Below are positions 49,201 through 57,107 of a stretch of 64,000 bases of DNA, piece after piece. The stretch lies in assembly GCA_045659805.1 (NCBI GenBank), contig JAZRCR010000094.1:29684-93683 (forward strand). Direction: 5' to 3'. Numbering within the stretch: the first letter of the stretch is position 1; every line of letters begins with the position of its first letter. Both the position numbers and the translations under genes were made by a program. The notes beneath the pieces were generated by a model. It saw only the letters and a program-made list of their open reading frames with translations, had not been told where the DNA came from and ran no database searches. Source of the stretch: Acetatifactor sp. (GTDB taxonomy: Bacteria; Bacillota; Clostridia; Lachnospirales; Lachnospiraceae).

Positions 49201-50510
49201 AGACTGATAACGGAAAACGTTGGCAGATTTTCCGTATGAGAGCAGAGGCACACAGTGTACCTGTTATCAATCCCACTGCTGCACAGGATCAGGAATACAT
49301 TTCCGTCAACCCGATCACTAAGTTTGAGCCCAAGGATAAGGGTACCATCGTACTGACTGATCTGACCGACGCTTACAGAGTGAACGCAACCAAGCTTCTG
49401 AGAGGCCTCCAGTTTACAGATAACAGACGAAGCCTTGTCATCCGTGATGAGATGACCATGAAGAATGCCAACTCTCAGGTTTACTGGTTCCTGCTGACAC
49501 AGTGTGATCTGGAGATCCAGAATACTGAGGCATCAACAACCAATAAGGTAACCTTTACCAAGGATGGACGTTCCATGACCATGGACATCATTACCAGCGT
49601 ACCCGGCGTGGTAAGCTATGATGTGGCGAAGCCTTTGAACTCCGAGACAGTTTACAACACAGTGGAAACTGTTAAGAGACTGCAGATCTACTTCGCAGAT
49701 GTAACCGGTGACGTGAACATTACCGTGAAGATGACACCTAACTCCGTTGTAAATCCTACAGATGTAGCTGATTACAACGTTGATATGAGTACCTGGACCG
49801 TTCCTGACGGAAAGCGTCCTGCAAAACTCAAGCTGGACAGCTTGTTGATCGACGGCGTGGCTGACACTCTGGAAGGCTACACTGTTACCAGCTACTATGT
49901 AGAGGGACAGATCACAACCGTTCCTGAGATTGTTGCAACCGCAGGCGAGAACGTAGATGTAGTGGTTAACAAGGGCGCAAGCCTTGATGAAGTGACCACC
50001 ATCACCCTGACTGATAAGACGGATGCTACCAACACAGCCGTTTACTCCATTACCTTTAAAGCGGTTCCCGCACCCGTGAACTTTGAGGGCAAGACTTCTA
50101 TTCCTGCCGTTAACGCAGTGGGAAGCTGCACACCTCAGCCTGCTAACGTTGCTACAAATGTAATCGATGCAAACAGTGGCACAAAGTGGGCCGGCGATAC
50201 CGCAGGTAACCACATCACCATCGACCTGAAGACTGTTCAGGCACTAGACGGTCTGGCAGTTCTGTTCCAGGGTGATGCAGGAAGAATTTATGACTATGTA
50301 GTTAGTGTATCTGAGGACGGTGATTCCTTCACGGATGTATGGGAAGGCAAGTCACTTCCGACAGTAGCAGTATCTGCCGGAGAAGTATATAGTATCAATG
50401 ACTTCAGTAATTCACAGCAGGCAAGATATGTGAGAGTTACTGTAACCGGTAACAACCAGAGTTCCAAGTGGACCTCTATCGCTGAGGTTGTTGCTTACAG
50501 AAACAACTAA
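46266..50510 (+). CDS. SipW-signal TasA-like protein fused to a LamG-like module, a heparinase II/III-type polysaccharide lyase and an F5/8 (CBM32-like) domain
   Basis: GTTLA/WFSD; WEPG.T...Y..VKN...L..KY; HM.EEAGNEYQG; lyase motifs HPR, W.P.H.LD.GEM..A.AIGYDWLY, NWN.V, W.EG..YW.Y, H.HLDAGSF, R..A..H; C-terminal N.ID....T.W, I..DL, S.DG..F, ARYVR, W.SI.E. Confidence 0.85.
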   Translation: MMNGKRRWLYSLLSLVLCVAMFLGTTLAWFSDTISLSGRVEAGKLKIDFQKYDGTEYVTLRGSDKNIFDDGDTETYWEPGMTKILYLAVKNQETLPVKYQILIDVSGIEAEDGTFEYALYDGVQAPSEQQAALDATADLNVVDRWAELKKFDGVQKGTILSETYTAAPQGRLDAQGDVDYFALAVHMSEEAGNEYQGKDIDVNVTLEATQIDGYLGEGPYLGNSVILNQDFENSEALIKAAGTGYFKQRVTEGEGDSANTYFLIENTGAANLGEAHLTMSQLDSMSDFVVYEFDFKVKTLGSWFNLYINQNESQAYSLGVLKVDNTFVTPVGNFELDLDTWYTIAIAVNYYAGTMDYYWNDELVGSTDLPSQYNSENKIPSIRFHRTKFGDFGNTTENDYSMPFAVGFDNLKVYDAKAPMDDLGEIVKVITMTDESVFPDETAIINSLSGYTAVHKVNGLVFVNGEKEFLPTVPWTDGDKTMIKTAELASILGVTLPDGTAADMDVEEFYTTVLNKTVTTDDDTVYNNGLVIAGDTAYTLPTDADELKALTDYLFFLRPSDDDLMEMYNASSMKGVHPRIQATADDFARIRQIYNDKSDPDIYAWAQAVIYTADATMDKDPVFYELRDGSRLLAVSREVLSKMYAYGMAYQITQDQKYADRGFKELKAVCEFMDWHPSHALDTGEMAAAVAIGYDWLYEALTPAERKIVEQGMYNNAFYDAMILYQTADGHMTPGCFGESNWNNVVSGGLIVGALSMLDVYPDEASRILQHAVRSADIYLFRYAPIGAWYEGPSYWDYATTYMVKAHSALETTLGTDLRLGLAEGVRNAANYIIDMQSDNGTFNIGDGITSKIYTPELFYLADKYDNPAVSAITMEKSNRKMGTGEHLALGLLWYDPATSGSIDEFELDAIYYDRDNGVVTMHDTFESGETTFAAIHAGTNNLSHAHLDAGSFTFVSDGVTWVEELGQDNYNQGGYWDETDNGKRWQIFRMRAEAHSVPVINPTAAQDQEYISVNPITKFEPKDKGTIVLTDLTDAYRVNATKLLRGLQFTDNRRSLVIRDEMTMKNANSQVYWFLLTQCDLEIQNTEASTTNKVTFTKDGRSMTMDIITSVPGVVSYDVAKPLNSETVYNTVETVKRLQIYFADVTGDVNITVKMTPNSVVNPTDVADYNVDMSTWTVPDGKRPAKLKLDSLLIDGVADTLEGYTVTSYYVEGQITTVPEIVATAGENVDVVVNKGASLDEVTTITLTDKTDATNTAVYSITFKAVPAPVNFEGKTSIPAVNAVGSCTPQPANVATNVIDANSGTKWAGDTAGNHITIDLKTVQALDGLAVLFQGDAGRIYDYVVSVSEDGDSFTDVWEGKSLPTVAVSAGEVYSINDFSNSQQARYVRVTVTGNNQSSKWTSIAEVVAYRNN

Positions 50511-50550
50511 TCACTCATAAAGAACTATAAGTAATACAGTAATACAAAGG

Positions 50551-50580
50551 AAGCGGGTTGTCCGAGGGCAACCCGCTTTT
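50551..50580. terminator. Intrinsic terminator
   Basis: AAGCGGGTTGTCC/GGGCAACCCGCTT followed by TT. Confidence 0.8.
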
Positions 50581-50592
50581 ATAATAAATATC

Positions 50593-51306
50593 TTAACTTT
50601 TCCCAAATATCATCCTGAAATAGGTATCCTCAAACTTCCTGTGGCAGTTGCGTGAAATGGGGATCCGGTATCCGTTCCTGGTACGGATCTCTTTTTGTGT
50701 GTACATTTCAATCGCCTGCAGGTTCACCAGATAGCTTCGGTGACATTTGAAAAAACCGTCGGAAACGGGAAGTTTCTTCTCGAAGGCGTACAGCGGTTCT
50801 GAAGCTGTAAAGGAGGAGCCGTCCGAAAGGGAGAGAATCACCTGCTTGTTCTGGGCTTCTATGGATTCGATCTCTCTTACCGGTATGCGGCGCACAGCAT
50901 GAAGCCCTTTCACCAAGAGAAATTTTTCCTGTGACCGGAGGTCTTCATACAGCTCATCCAGGCAGCGGTAAAGGGCGTCAGAATCAATGGGTTTGAGCAG
51001 GTAGTTATCCGCTTTCACCTTGTAGGATTCCACGCCGTATTCCGGCGACGTGGTGAGAAAAACGATCTTCACATTGCGGTCCAGCTTCCGGACTTCACCG
51101 GCAGCGTCAATACCGTTTAAGAAGGGCATCACAATATCCAACAGGATAATATCAAAAGGATCTGCTGTGTGGGCAGCGATCAGGGAATCGGCATCTTCAA
51201 ACAATTCCACGGCCATATGGTCAGGTCCGGGAGTCCGGCTTAGCAGTATTTCTTTTGTCTCGGTCAAAACATCCCTCATATCATCACAGATTGCGATTCG
51301 CAGCAT
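50593..51306 (-). CDS. LytTR-family response regulator (no adjacent kinase)
   Basis: MLRIAICDD, DIILLDI.MP..NG, IVFLT, YLLKP, F.KCHRSYLVN, IPISR; start re-set to ATG at 51306 behind AGGAGG. Confidence 0.9.
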   Translation of the reverse strand: MLRIAICDDMRDVLTETKEILLSRTPGPDHMAVELFEDADSLIAAHTADPFDIILLDIVMPFLNGIDAAGEVRKLDRNVKIVFLTTSPEYGVESYKVKADNYLLKPIDSDALYRCLDELYEDLRSQEKFLLVKGLHAVRRIPVREIESIEAQNKQVILSLSDGSSFTASEPLYAFEKKLPVSDGFFKCHRSYLVNLQAIEMYTQKEIRTRNGYRIPISRNCHRKFEDTYFRMIFGKS

Positions 51307-51509
51307 GGCATAAGCCTCCTTTTGTTTAAGATAAGTATAACAAATGGAATATTGGAGTGCAACAGCAGATTTTTTTGGAGGAAAATTTTTACTTCTTGAA
51401 ACAAACTCCTTAAAATAATACACTATATGTATGAACACCAAAAAGTGCGCGCATGGCCGGGGAACCGGCAAGTAACTGTCGCTTGCAGGCGGCAGGGAGA
51501 GGTGAGAGT

Positions 51510-52034
51510 ATGGACCAGTATCTGGAATTGGTAGAGGCGGCCCGGGCAGGAGATGCAGGGGCATTTGCCGGTTTATATGAGGCTGTCTACAAAGATATGT
51601 ATCGATTTGCATTATATACCCTGCGCAACGAGACAGATGCGGAGGATGCGGTCAGCGAGGCTGTAGCGGATGCTTTTGCGTCCATACACAGGCTGCGCAG
51701 TGCCGATGCCTTTAAGGCGTGGATGTTTCGGATCCTGTCCAACAAATGCAAGAACAGGCTGAAGGAGTACAGCAAAAAGACGGTACCCCTTGAAGATGCC
51801 GGAGAGATCGCGGCGGCCGACTGTGATATGACGGACAGCATGTTTGTCCGCAACATTTTTGGGGAACTGCCGGATAAGGAACGTCTGATCGTCAGCCTGC
51901 ATGTGTTCGGAGGATACACCACGAAGGAGATTGCAGGGATGCTTAAGATGAATCCCAATACGGTCCGGACCAAGGAGAGCAGAGCATTGAAGAAGATGGC
52001 TGAGAAGATAGACAGCCGGGAGGTGTGCATATGA
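51510..52034 (+). CDS. ECF-type RNA polymerase sigma factor
   Basis: A..GD..AF..LY......YR.A...L....DAEDAV, FKAW..RI..N.C, EIA..L....NTV.....RA. Confidence 0.9.
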   Translation: MDQYLELVEAARAGDAGAFAGLYEAVYKDMYRFALYTLRNETDAEDAVSEAVADAFASIHRLRSADAFKAWMFRILSNKCKNRLKEYSKKTVPLEDAGEIAAADCDMTDSMFVRNIFGELPDKERLIVSLHVFGGYTTKEIAGMLKMNPNTVRTKESRALKKMAEKIDSREVCI

Positions 52035-54106
52035 GTGACAGACAGATCAGGGAATTGATCAGGGAATCTGCAAAAGACGTGGAGATTCCGGAGCGTCTGA
52101 AGCCCGGAAAAATACAGGAAATGCTCCTTAGCAAAGAGAAGAGCAGCAGAGGAGATAAGACACAGCAGAAAGGCCGCAGGAACTTCTATATGGGATTCGG
52201 CTATGCTGCAGCTGCAGCGGTGCTGATCATGTTGGTCAGCCTCCCGTTGTCAGGGATTATGTCAGGCAGGGATCATCTGGTCAGAGATCAAAAGGAAACG
52301 CTGCAAGAGGAAGAGATGGCGCCGGAAAGCATGGCCAAGGCAGCCGATGAGGACATTGCAGAGGTGGAAACTGCTGCGCCCAAGGTAAACGCGGGGGAGC
52401 TTTACCGGGTGGCTGAGAGCTATGATCAGGTATATGATGCTGTCGTGGGCGATGGGGAGTATTTTAACTATTACTATATTGTAGAAGATATGGGAGTTGC
52501 GGTGCCTACAGAGAGAGCCGAGACCGCAGACGGCGCCTTCTTTCCGGTGGAGGAAGAATCTACAGGCGGTGTGAAATCAGAACCCAATGTAGCCACGGGG
52601 ACAGATTCGTTTGTGGATACGGCGCAGAAGCAGCATTCCACCACCAATCTGCAGATGCAGGGTGTGGATGAGAGTGACATCGTGAAGACGGACGGTTCCT
52701 TCCTTTATGTGGTGACTGACAACAAAGTCCACATTGTTGACATCCGGGAAGGGAAGCCTGAGAAGGCAGCTGTGGTAAAACTTCCGTCGAAAAATGCATC
52801 CACGCAGATCAGAGAGATCTATGTGGATGACGGGAAACTGCTGGTCATTGCAGGGGAGCGGGACTCTCAGCTGAAAAAGCTGGAAAACAGTAAGGAAAAA
52901 TACCGTACCGTCACAGAGAATCAAACGGTTCTTTACACCTATTCCCTGGAACAGCCGGAGAAACCGAAGCTTCTGGGAAGCGTGGGACAGGACGGCAGCT
53001 ATCACACCTCCCGCAAGATCCGGGATAAGGTGTACCTGTTCACCAATGAGGTGATCATTGAGAATTGTTACGACGGGGAAAGCCATGGACTTGAATGGGT
53101 GCCTGAAGCCGGCGGAGAGCGCATTGCCGCAGACTGCATTTATATTCCCGAAGCGGGCTACAGCAGTCTGATCATTTCTTCCGTTGATGTGGACAGTCCG
53201 GATCAGCTTCTGGACAATGTGATGATCGTCAACGATTATGTAAATGTCTATGTGAGCACCGAGGCGGTCTATCTTTACCACAATACCTGGAGTCCGTACC
53301 AGACCACCGAGATTGCCAAATTCAGCCTGCAGGACGGCGTGATCAACGCAGTGAACGCCGCCAGCATCAGCGGCAGAGTAATGGATACCTTTGCAGTCAA
53401 TGAATATAACGGATTTCTGCGGATCCTGACCTGCAATGACGGGACCGGGGATGGAACTGATCTGTATGTCCTTGACAGTGATCTGACCCTTGTAGGCGAA
53501 CTTACAGGCATTGCACCGGGAGAGACGGTTTATGCTGCCAGATATTTAGGTGATATGGCTTACTTTGTGACCTACCGCAATATCGATCCTCTTTTTGCAG
53601 CAGATCTGTCAGATCCTGAGAACCCTGTGATCCTGGGAGAACTGAAAATCACAGGATATTCCGATTATCTTCATATGTGGGGAGAGGACTCCCTGTTCGG
53701 TATCGGCTTTGAGACAGATCCCGATACCGGTCTGAGAGAAGGGATCAAACTTGCCATGTTTGATGTTTCCGATCCGGCAGATCTCAAGACAGAGGACTGT
53801 GTCTGCGTGGAGAATGCCGATTACAGCCCGGCACTGGATCAGTATAAGTCGGTGCTGGCAGATAAAAATGCCAATCTCATCGGATTTGTGGTAACGGATT
53901 ATAACAAGGCAGAGAGCAACACTTATCTGCTGTTTGCATACCGGGAAGGAAAGTTTGTCAATCTGCTGACAGAACCGATTGCCAACAAATCTGACTATTA
54001 CAGAGGCGTTTACGCCGGAGATTACTTCTATATTATTACCTCCGAAAGCATTACTGCTTTCCACATGACCGAAGATTATCGGGAAGTGGCAGACTTAACA
54101 TTCTAA
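52031..54106 (+). CDS. Membrane-anchored beta-propeller protein (putative anti-sigma/sensor)
   Basis: ATGA overlap with the sigma gene; short cytoplasmic N-terminus, TM, S.TN.Q..GVDE.DIVKTDG, G.Y.TSR, F..NEY.G.LR, A.GE.VY.AR..GD..Y.VTYR..DPLF..DLS.P..P..LG.LKI.GYS.YLH. Confidence 0.85.
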   Translation: MSDRQIRELIRESAKDVEIPERLKPGKIQEMLLSKEKSSRGDKTQQKGRRNFYMGFGYAAAAAVLIMLVSLPLSGIMSGRDHLVRDQKETLQEEEMAPESMAKAADEDIAEVETAAPKVNAGELYRVAESYDQVYDAVVGDGEYFNYYYIVEDMGVAVPTERAETADGAFFPVEEESTGGVKSEPNVATGTDSFVDTAQKQHSTTNLQMQGVDESDIVKTDGSFLYVVTDNKVHIVDIREGKPEKAAVVKLPSKNASTQIREIYVDDGKLLVIAGERDSQLKKLENSKEKYRTVTENQTVLYTYSLEQPEKPKLLGSVGQDGSYHTSRKIRDKVYLFTNEVIIENCYDGESHGLEWVPEAGGERIAADCIYIPEAGYSSLIISSVDVDSPDQLLDNVMIVNDYVNVYVSTEAVYLYHNTWSPYQTTEIAKFSLQDGVINAVNAASISGRVMDTFAVNEYNGFLRILTCNDGTGDGTDLYVLDSDLTLVGELTGIAPGETVYAARYLGDMAYFVTYRNIDPLFAADLSDPENPVILGELKITGYSDYLHMWGEDSLFGIGFETDPDTGLREGIKLAMFDVSDPADLKTEDCVCVENADYSPALDQYKSVLADKNANLIGFVVTDYNKAESNTYLLFAYREGKFVNLLTEPIANKSDYYRGVYAGDYFYIITSESITAFHMTEDYREVADLTF

Positions 54107-54109
54107 AAT

Positions 54110-54172
54110 GAACAGGATAGCAGTATTACGGTCTGAGAAACTGTAATACTGCTGTTTGTCTGTTCTTCTTTT
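54110..54172 (+). terminator. Intrinsic terminator
   Basis: AGCAGTATTACGGT/ACTGTAATACTGCT stem followed by a T-rich tract. Confidence 0.75.
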
Positions 54173-54181
54173 ATTTACGTA

Positions 54182-54211
54182 TTGACAAATGCACATACAA
54201 ATAATTATAAT
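54182..54211 (+). promoter_or_regulatory. Consensus sigma-A promoter
   Basis: TTGACA-N18-TATAAT. Confidence 0.6.
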
Positions 54212-54411
54212 ATATCTAAATAATACAAGCCAAATCAAATGCATTGTTTATAAAAGATAAAAAATGGTGAAATTCTTAAACTGTCATCTGAGGGCGGAAT
54301 CCGGGACAAATCGTCCGTGTTTTCACTGATCATACAACTGAATATTGAGTAAGAGAAGGTATCAGAGACAATAGGCGGGCTGAAGTTTCGTAAAAAGTAG
54401 TGGTATAGTCG

Positions 54412-54440
54412 TTGCAAAACGTAAAAGCGTATGATATAAT
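54412..54440 (+). promoter_or_regulatory. Sigma-A promoter upstream of the Rpn-like gene
   Basis: TTGCAA-N17-TATAAT with extended TG. Confidence 0.6.
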
Positions 54441-54508
54441 GATAATATAATAACTGTTTTACAAACAATACACTGCAAATGTTATTTCTGATACATACAG
54501 GAGGTTTT

Positions 54509-55114
54509 GTGGAAGAAATTACAGAAGTGCGAGTAAAGGATGAACAGCTGGCGGACAGGGACAGGAGAGTTGCCCGGGCAAGGCGGACACGGTTCTATGG
54601 GGCAATGGTCGACAGTGAATTTTTACAAAAGGGAAGAGAATATCATGAGATGCCGGAGGTGAGAATCATATATATCAGTGAGACTGACATCTGGAGAAAA
54701 GGAAAGACTGTTTATAAAGTAAAGAAGGTGTTTGAAGGTATTGACAGTCTGTATGAAGATGGTATGCATGTAACATATGTAAATACGGCAGTGAATGACG
54801 GATCTGAAATCGCAGGATTAATGGAGTATTTTAAAACAGCAGATCCGGCAGATATGAGTCAGGGAGATCTGTCCAGGAGAGTGCACTTTCTAAAGTGCGA
54901 GGAGGGAGGATACAGAGCAATGTGTGAAATAACCGATGAGATTCGCAGGGAAGGAATCGAGGAAGGAATAAAAGAAGGGGTACAGCAGCAGGCACAAATG
55001 ACGGTTGTGAACCTGGCAGAAATGGGGCTGTCCGTAGTACAGATTGCCAAGGCGGTGGCGATGGACATCGGGACTGTAAAGAAATGGATAAAAAATCCCG
55101 GATTGCATATTTAG
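54509..55114 (+). pseudogene. N-terminally truncated Rpn / PD-(D/E)XK nuclease-family 'transposase' protein
   Basis: Retains RR.RFY..M.D...L.KG..Y..MP...IIYI.E.D, Y.DG....YVN, K.EEGG...MCEI...EG.EEG..EG and a C-terminal HTH; lacks the upstream RLD...NIE.Q catalytic segment. Confidence 0.7.
54920..55114 (+). CDS. Predicted in-frame small protein (RpnS-like antitoxin, 64 aa)
   Basis: Internal RBS GAGGAGGGAGG (54899-54909) followed by ATG TGT GAA (MCEI) in frame. Confidence 0.55.
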   Translation: MCEITDEIRREGIEEGIKEGVQQQAQMTVVNLAEMGLSVVQIAKAVAMDIGTVKKWIKNPGLHI

Positions 55115-55184
55115 CCGTTGTGGTATATACTGAATTCATATTACTGAAGGAAATATACCGTAGCAACAGAAGGAGGGCTTTCAC

Positions 55185-55670
55185 ATGAAATTGGTGATCA
55201 CGATGAGCAGAAGATACGGAACCGGCGCGAGTATGATAGCGGAGGCGCTGTCAGACAAGCTGCAGATTCCGGTTTATGATAAAGCCTATATTGAGCACGA
55301 GCTGGAGGGCCACAATTTTGCCGGGGAGGTGGAAGTGATCAGGGAACTGGCGCAGAAGCCCTGCATTATTCTGGGAAGATGTGCATCAGAGATTCTCAAG
55401 GATCAGCCCAATGTTTTCAATATATATATCAGTGCAGCCAAGGAAGACCGGATACATAGGATCATGCAGAAAGAGTCTATCTCCTATGAAGAGGCCAAGG
55501 TTATGTTGGACAAGAATGACAAACACCGTGCTGACTATTATAATCAACACACGGGTAAAGTCTGGGGAGACGTGAACAACTACAATATGATCCTTGACAC
55601 TACCGCCTTGGGCATAGAAAACTGTGCCGACATTTTGATGAAATATTTTGAGAGAATGGAATTGATTTAG
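55185..55670 (+). CDS. Cytidylate kinase-like family protein
   Basis: VIT.SR.YG.G...IA..L...L.I..YD, I..LA...CII.GRCA, R..YY...TG..WG...NY...LDT..LG. Confidence 0.85.
   Translation: MKLVITMSRRYGTGASMIAEALSDKLQIPVYDKAYIEHELEGHNFAGEVEVIRELAQKPCIILGRCASEILKDQPNVFNIYISAAKEDRIHRIMQKESISYEEAKVMLDKNDKHRADYYNQHTGKVWGDVNNYNMILDTTALGIENCADILMKYFERMELI
55229..55367 (+). repeat. 139-bp direct repeat, copy 1 (inside the cytidylate kinase-like gene)
   Basis: Aligns without gaps to 62069-62207 with 8 mismatches (counted by eye). Confidence 0.9.
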
Positions 55671-55892
55671 ATTGGTCATGTTTGTCTGGTTTTATGTTAC
55701 GAAAATATGAGATTCTCGGTGCCGGACTATACAGGGCTTTTGACATTTTAATAAGAGCGGAAAGCTTATTTTAACGGCTTCCCGCTCAACCATTATCATA
55801 GAAGATCTGAATTTACAGACTTTTTTTCACGCCACTTGACTGTCCACATTGGCTGCATAAAAGCAAGGGTTGTGTTCACTCAATCAAATCCC

Positions 55893-57107
55893 TCATAAAA
55901 ACATAGGAACTCTGGTATACGTCAACATATTGCATATATATACTGCATTCCCCACCGCCGCTGTGACAATTATCAGCGGAATGCCAACCCGGGCAAAAAA
56001 GGAATTCTTTTTTTGTACATAAAACATCCCATGAACTCCCAAGACAGCTGCTGCCATGGAAGCAATTCCGAAAAGGATTCCCGGTGTTTCCATCAATGCA
56101 ACCAGGCGAAGGAAAGGAGCACCTAACCGTTGTACCGTATCCCAGAAAAAAGAATTCATAGAGAGAAAACTCATCAACCCCAAAAGGAAAACATAAAAGC
56201 CGTACTTTTTGCCTAGGGCACAATCTTTCTCTGTGAAGGAACCCCATATCAACAGGATTAAAGCCCCCATTATGCCAAGTCCCAAGCCCGGTCGCCCCGG
56301 GGTATATGTCCAACCGGAAAAGAATTGTCCCAACGAGTACCCCCTTGACACGATGGAGTCAAGAGGAAGCTCCCACGCTTCCATGCCGTCTTTCAGCAAA
56401 TATCGTAGCCAATAGATTGCTCCCGGCAAAAACAGGTATTCTCCTACCAATATAGGAAGCAAGCCCATCCATTTTTTCTGCCACAGGCTATACAGTACAA
56501 CAACTCCGGCAACCAAAAACATTAAAATTCCATCCGCATATCCGATTAGAGCATAAGCCGTCGCAATTCCAAGAACTCGCTGCCACGTAAGTTTTTTTTG
56601 ATACAGAAGAATAATTTCCCCTAATACAAAGGGAATCAACGCCCATGCCGCCGCCATCCCTAGTGCCGCTTTATCATAATATAAATAGATTCTATAAGGA
56701 CAAGTCATATACAACAGCACACCCACGGCTATCGCAGTCTTATCCCGAAACAAATTCCCGAACATTCTCCTTGCGGCAAAAAATCCCAAACCGTTCAAAA
56801 ACAGCAGATATATTCGATATGCGGTGGTAACAGATATGCCTATCAGACGCATAATCGCTGGAAAGAACAGCCACAAATTAGAATTCAGCGCCGAAAACTG
56901 ACCTCTATATGCCACTGTTACCTCTGCACTGGGAAACATTCGAACTTGTCCGGCCTTTAATCCTTCCGCAACCTCCTCGATTCGGGTCAGCCAAATTAAA
57001 ATATCTCCGCCTTCCATCACATAACCGCAAGCAAGAGGCAGACCTGCTGTAATGAATGCAATTACATATATCATTTTTCGAGTCACTGCCCAGTTTTTGT
57101 CTTCCAT
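55893..57107 (-). CDS. GT-C-type polytopic membrane protein (shortened paralogue)
   Basis: G.D....L.RIE....L..GQ, Y...PYRI...Y..AALG...A..L.P; many TMs. Confidence 0.7.
   Translation of the reverse strand: MEDKNWAVTRKMIYVIAFITAGLPLACGYVMEGGDILIWLTRIEEVAEGLKAGQVRMFPSAEVTVAYRGQFSALNSNLWLFFPAIMRLIGISVTTAYRIYLLFLNGLGFFAARRMFGNLFRDKTAIAVGVLLYMTCPYRIYLYYDKAALGMAAAWALIPFVLGEIILLYQKKLTWQRVLGIATAYALIGYADGILMFLVAGVVVLYSLWQKKWMGLLPILVGEYLFLPGAIYWLRYLLKDGMEAWELPLDSIVSRGYSLGQFFSGWTYTPGRPGLGLGIMGALILLIWGSFTEKDCALGKKYGFYVFLLGLMSFLSMNSFFWDTVQRLGAPFLRLVALMETPGILFGIASMAAAVLGVHGMFYVQKKNSFFARVGIPLIIVTAAVGNAVYICNMLTYTRVPMFL

Noticed and set aside
51307-51612. N-terminal extensions in the ORF track for the LytTR and sigma genes (also 14734, 18171, 22267, 41687, 54479)
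   Set aside because: Downstream starts have clear RBSs and match family N-termini; the extensions overlap promoters or neighbouring genes
54509-55114. Active transposase explaining the adjacent GT-C island
   Set aside because: Catalytic region missing, no terminal repeats, and Rpn proteins are not shown to be true transposases
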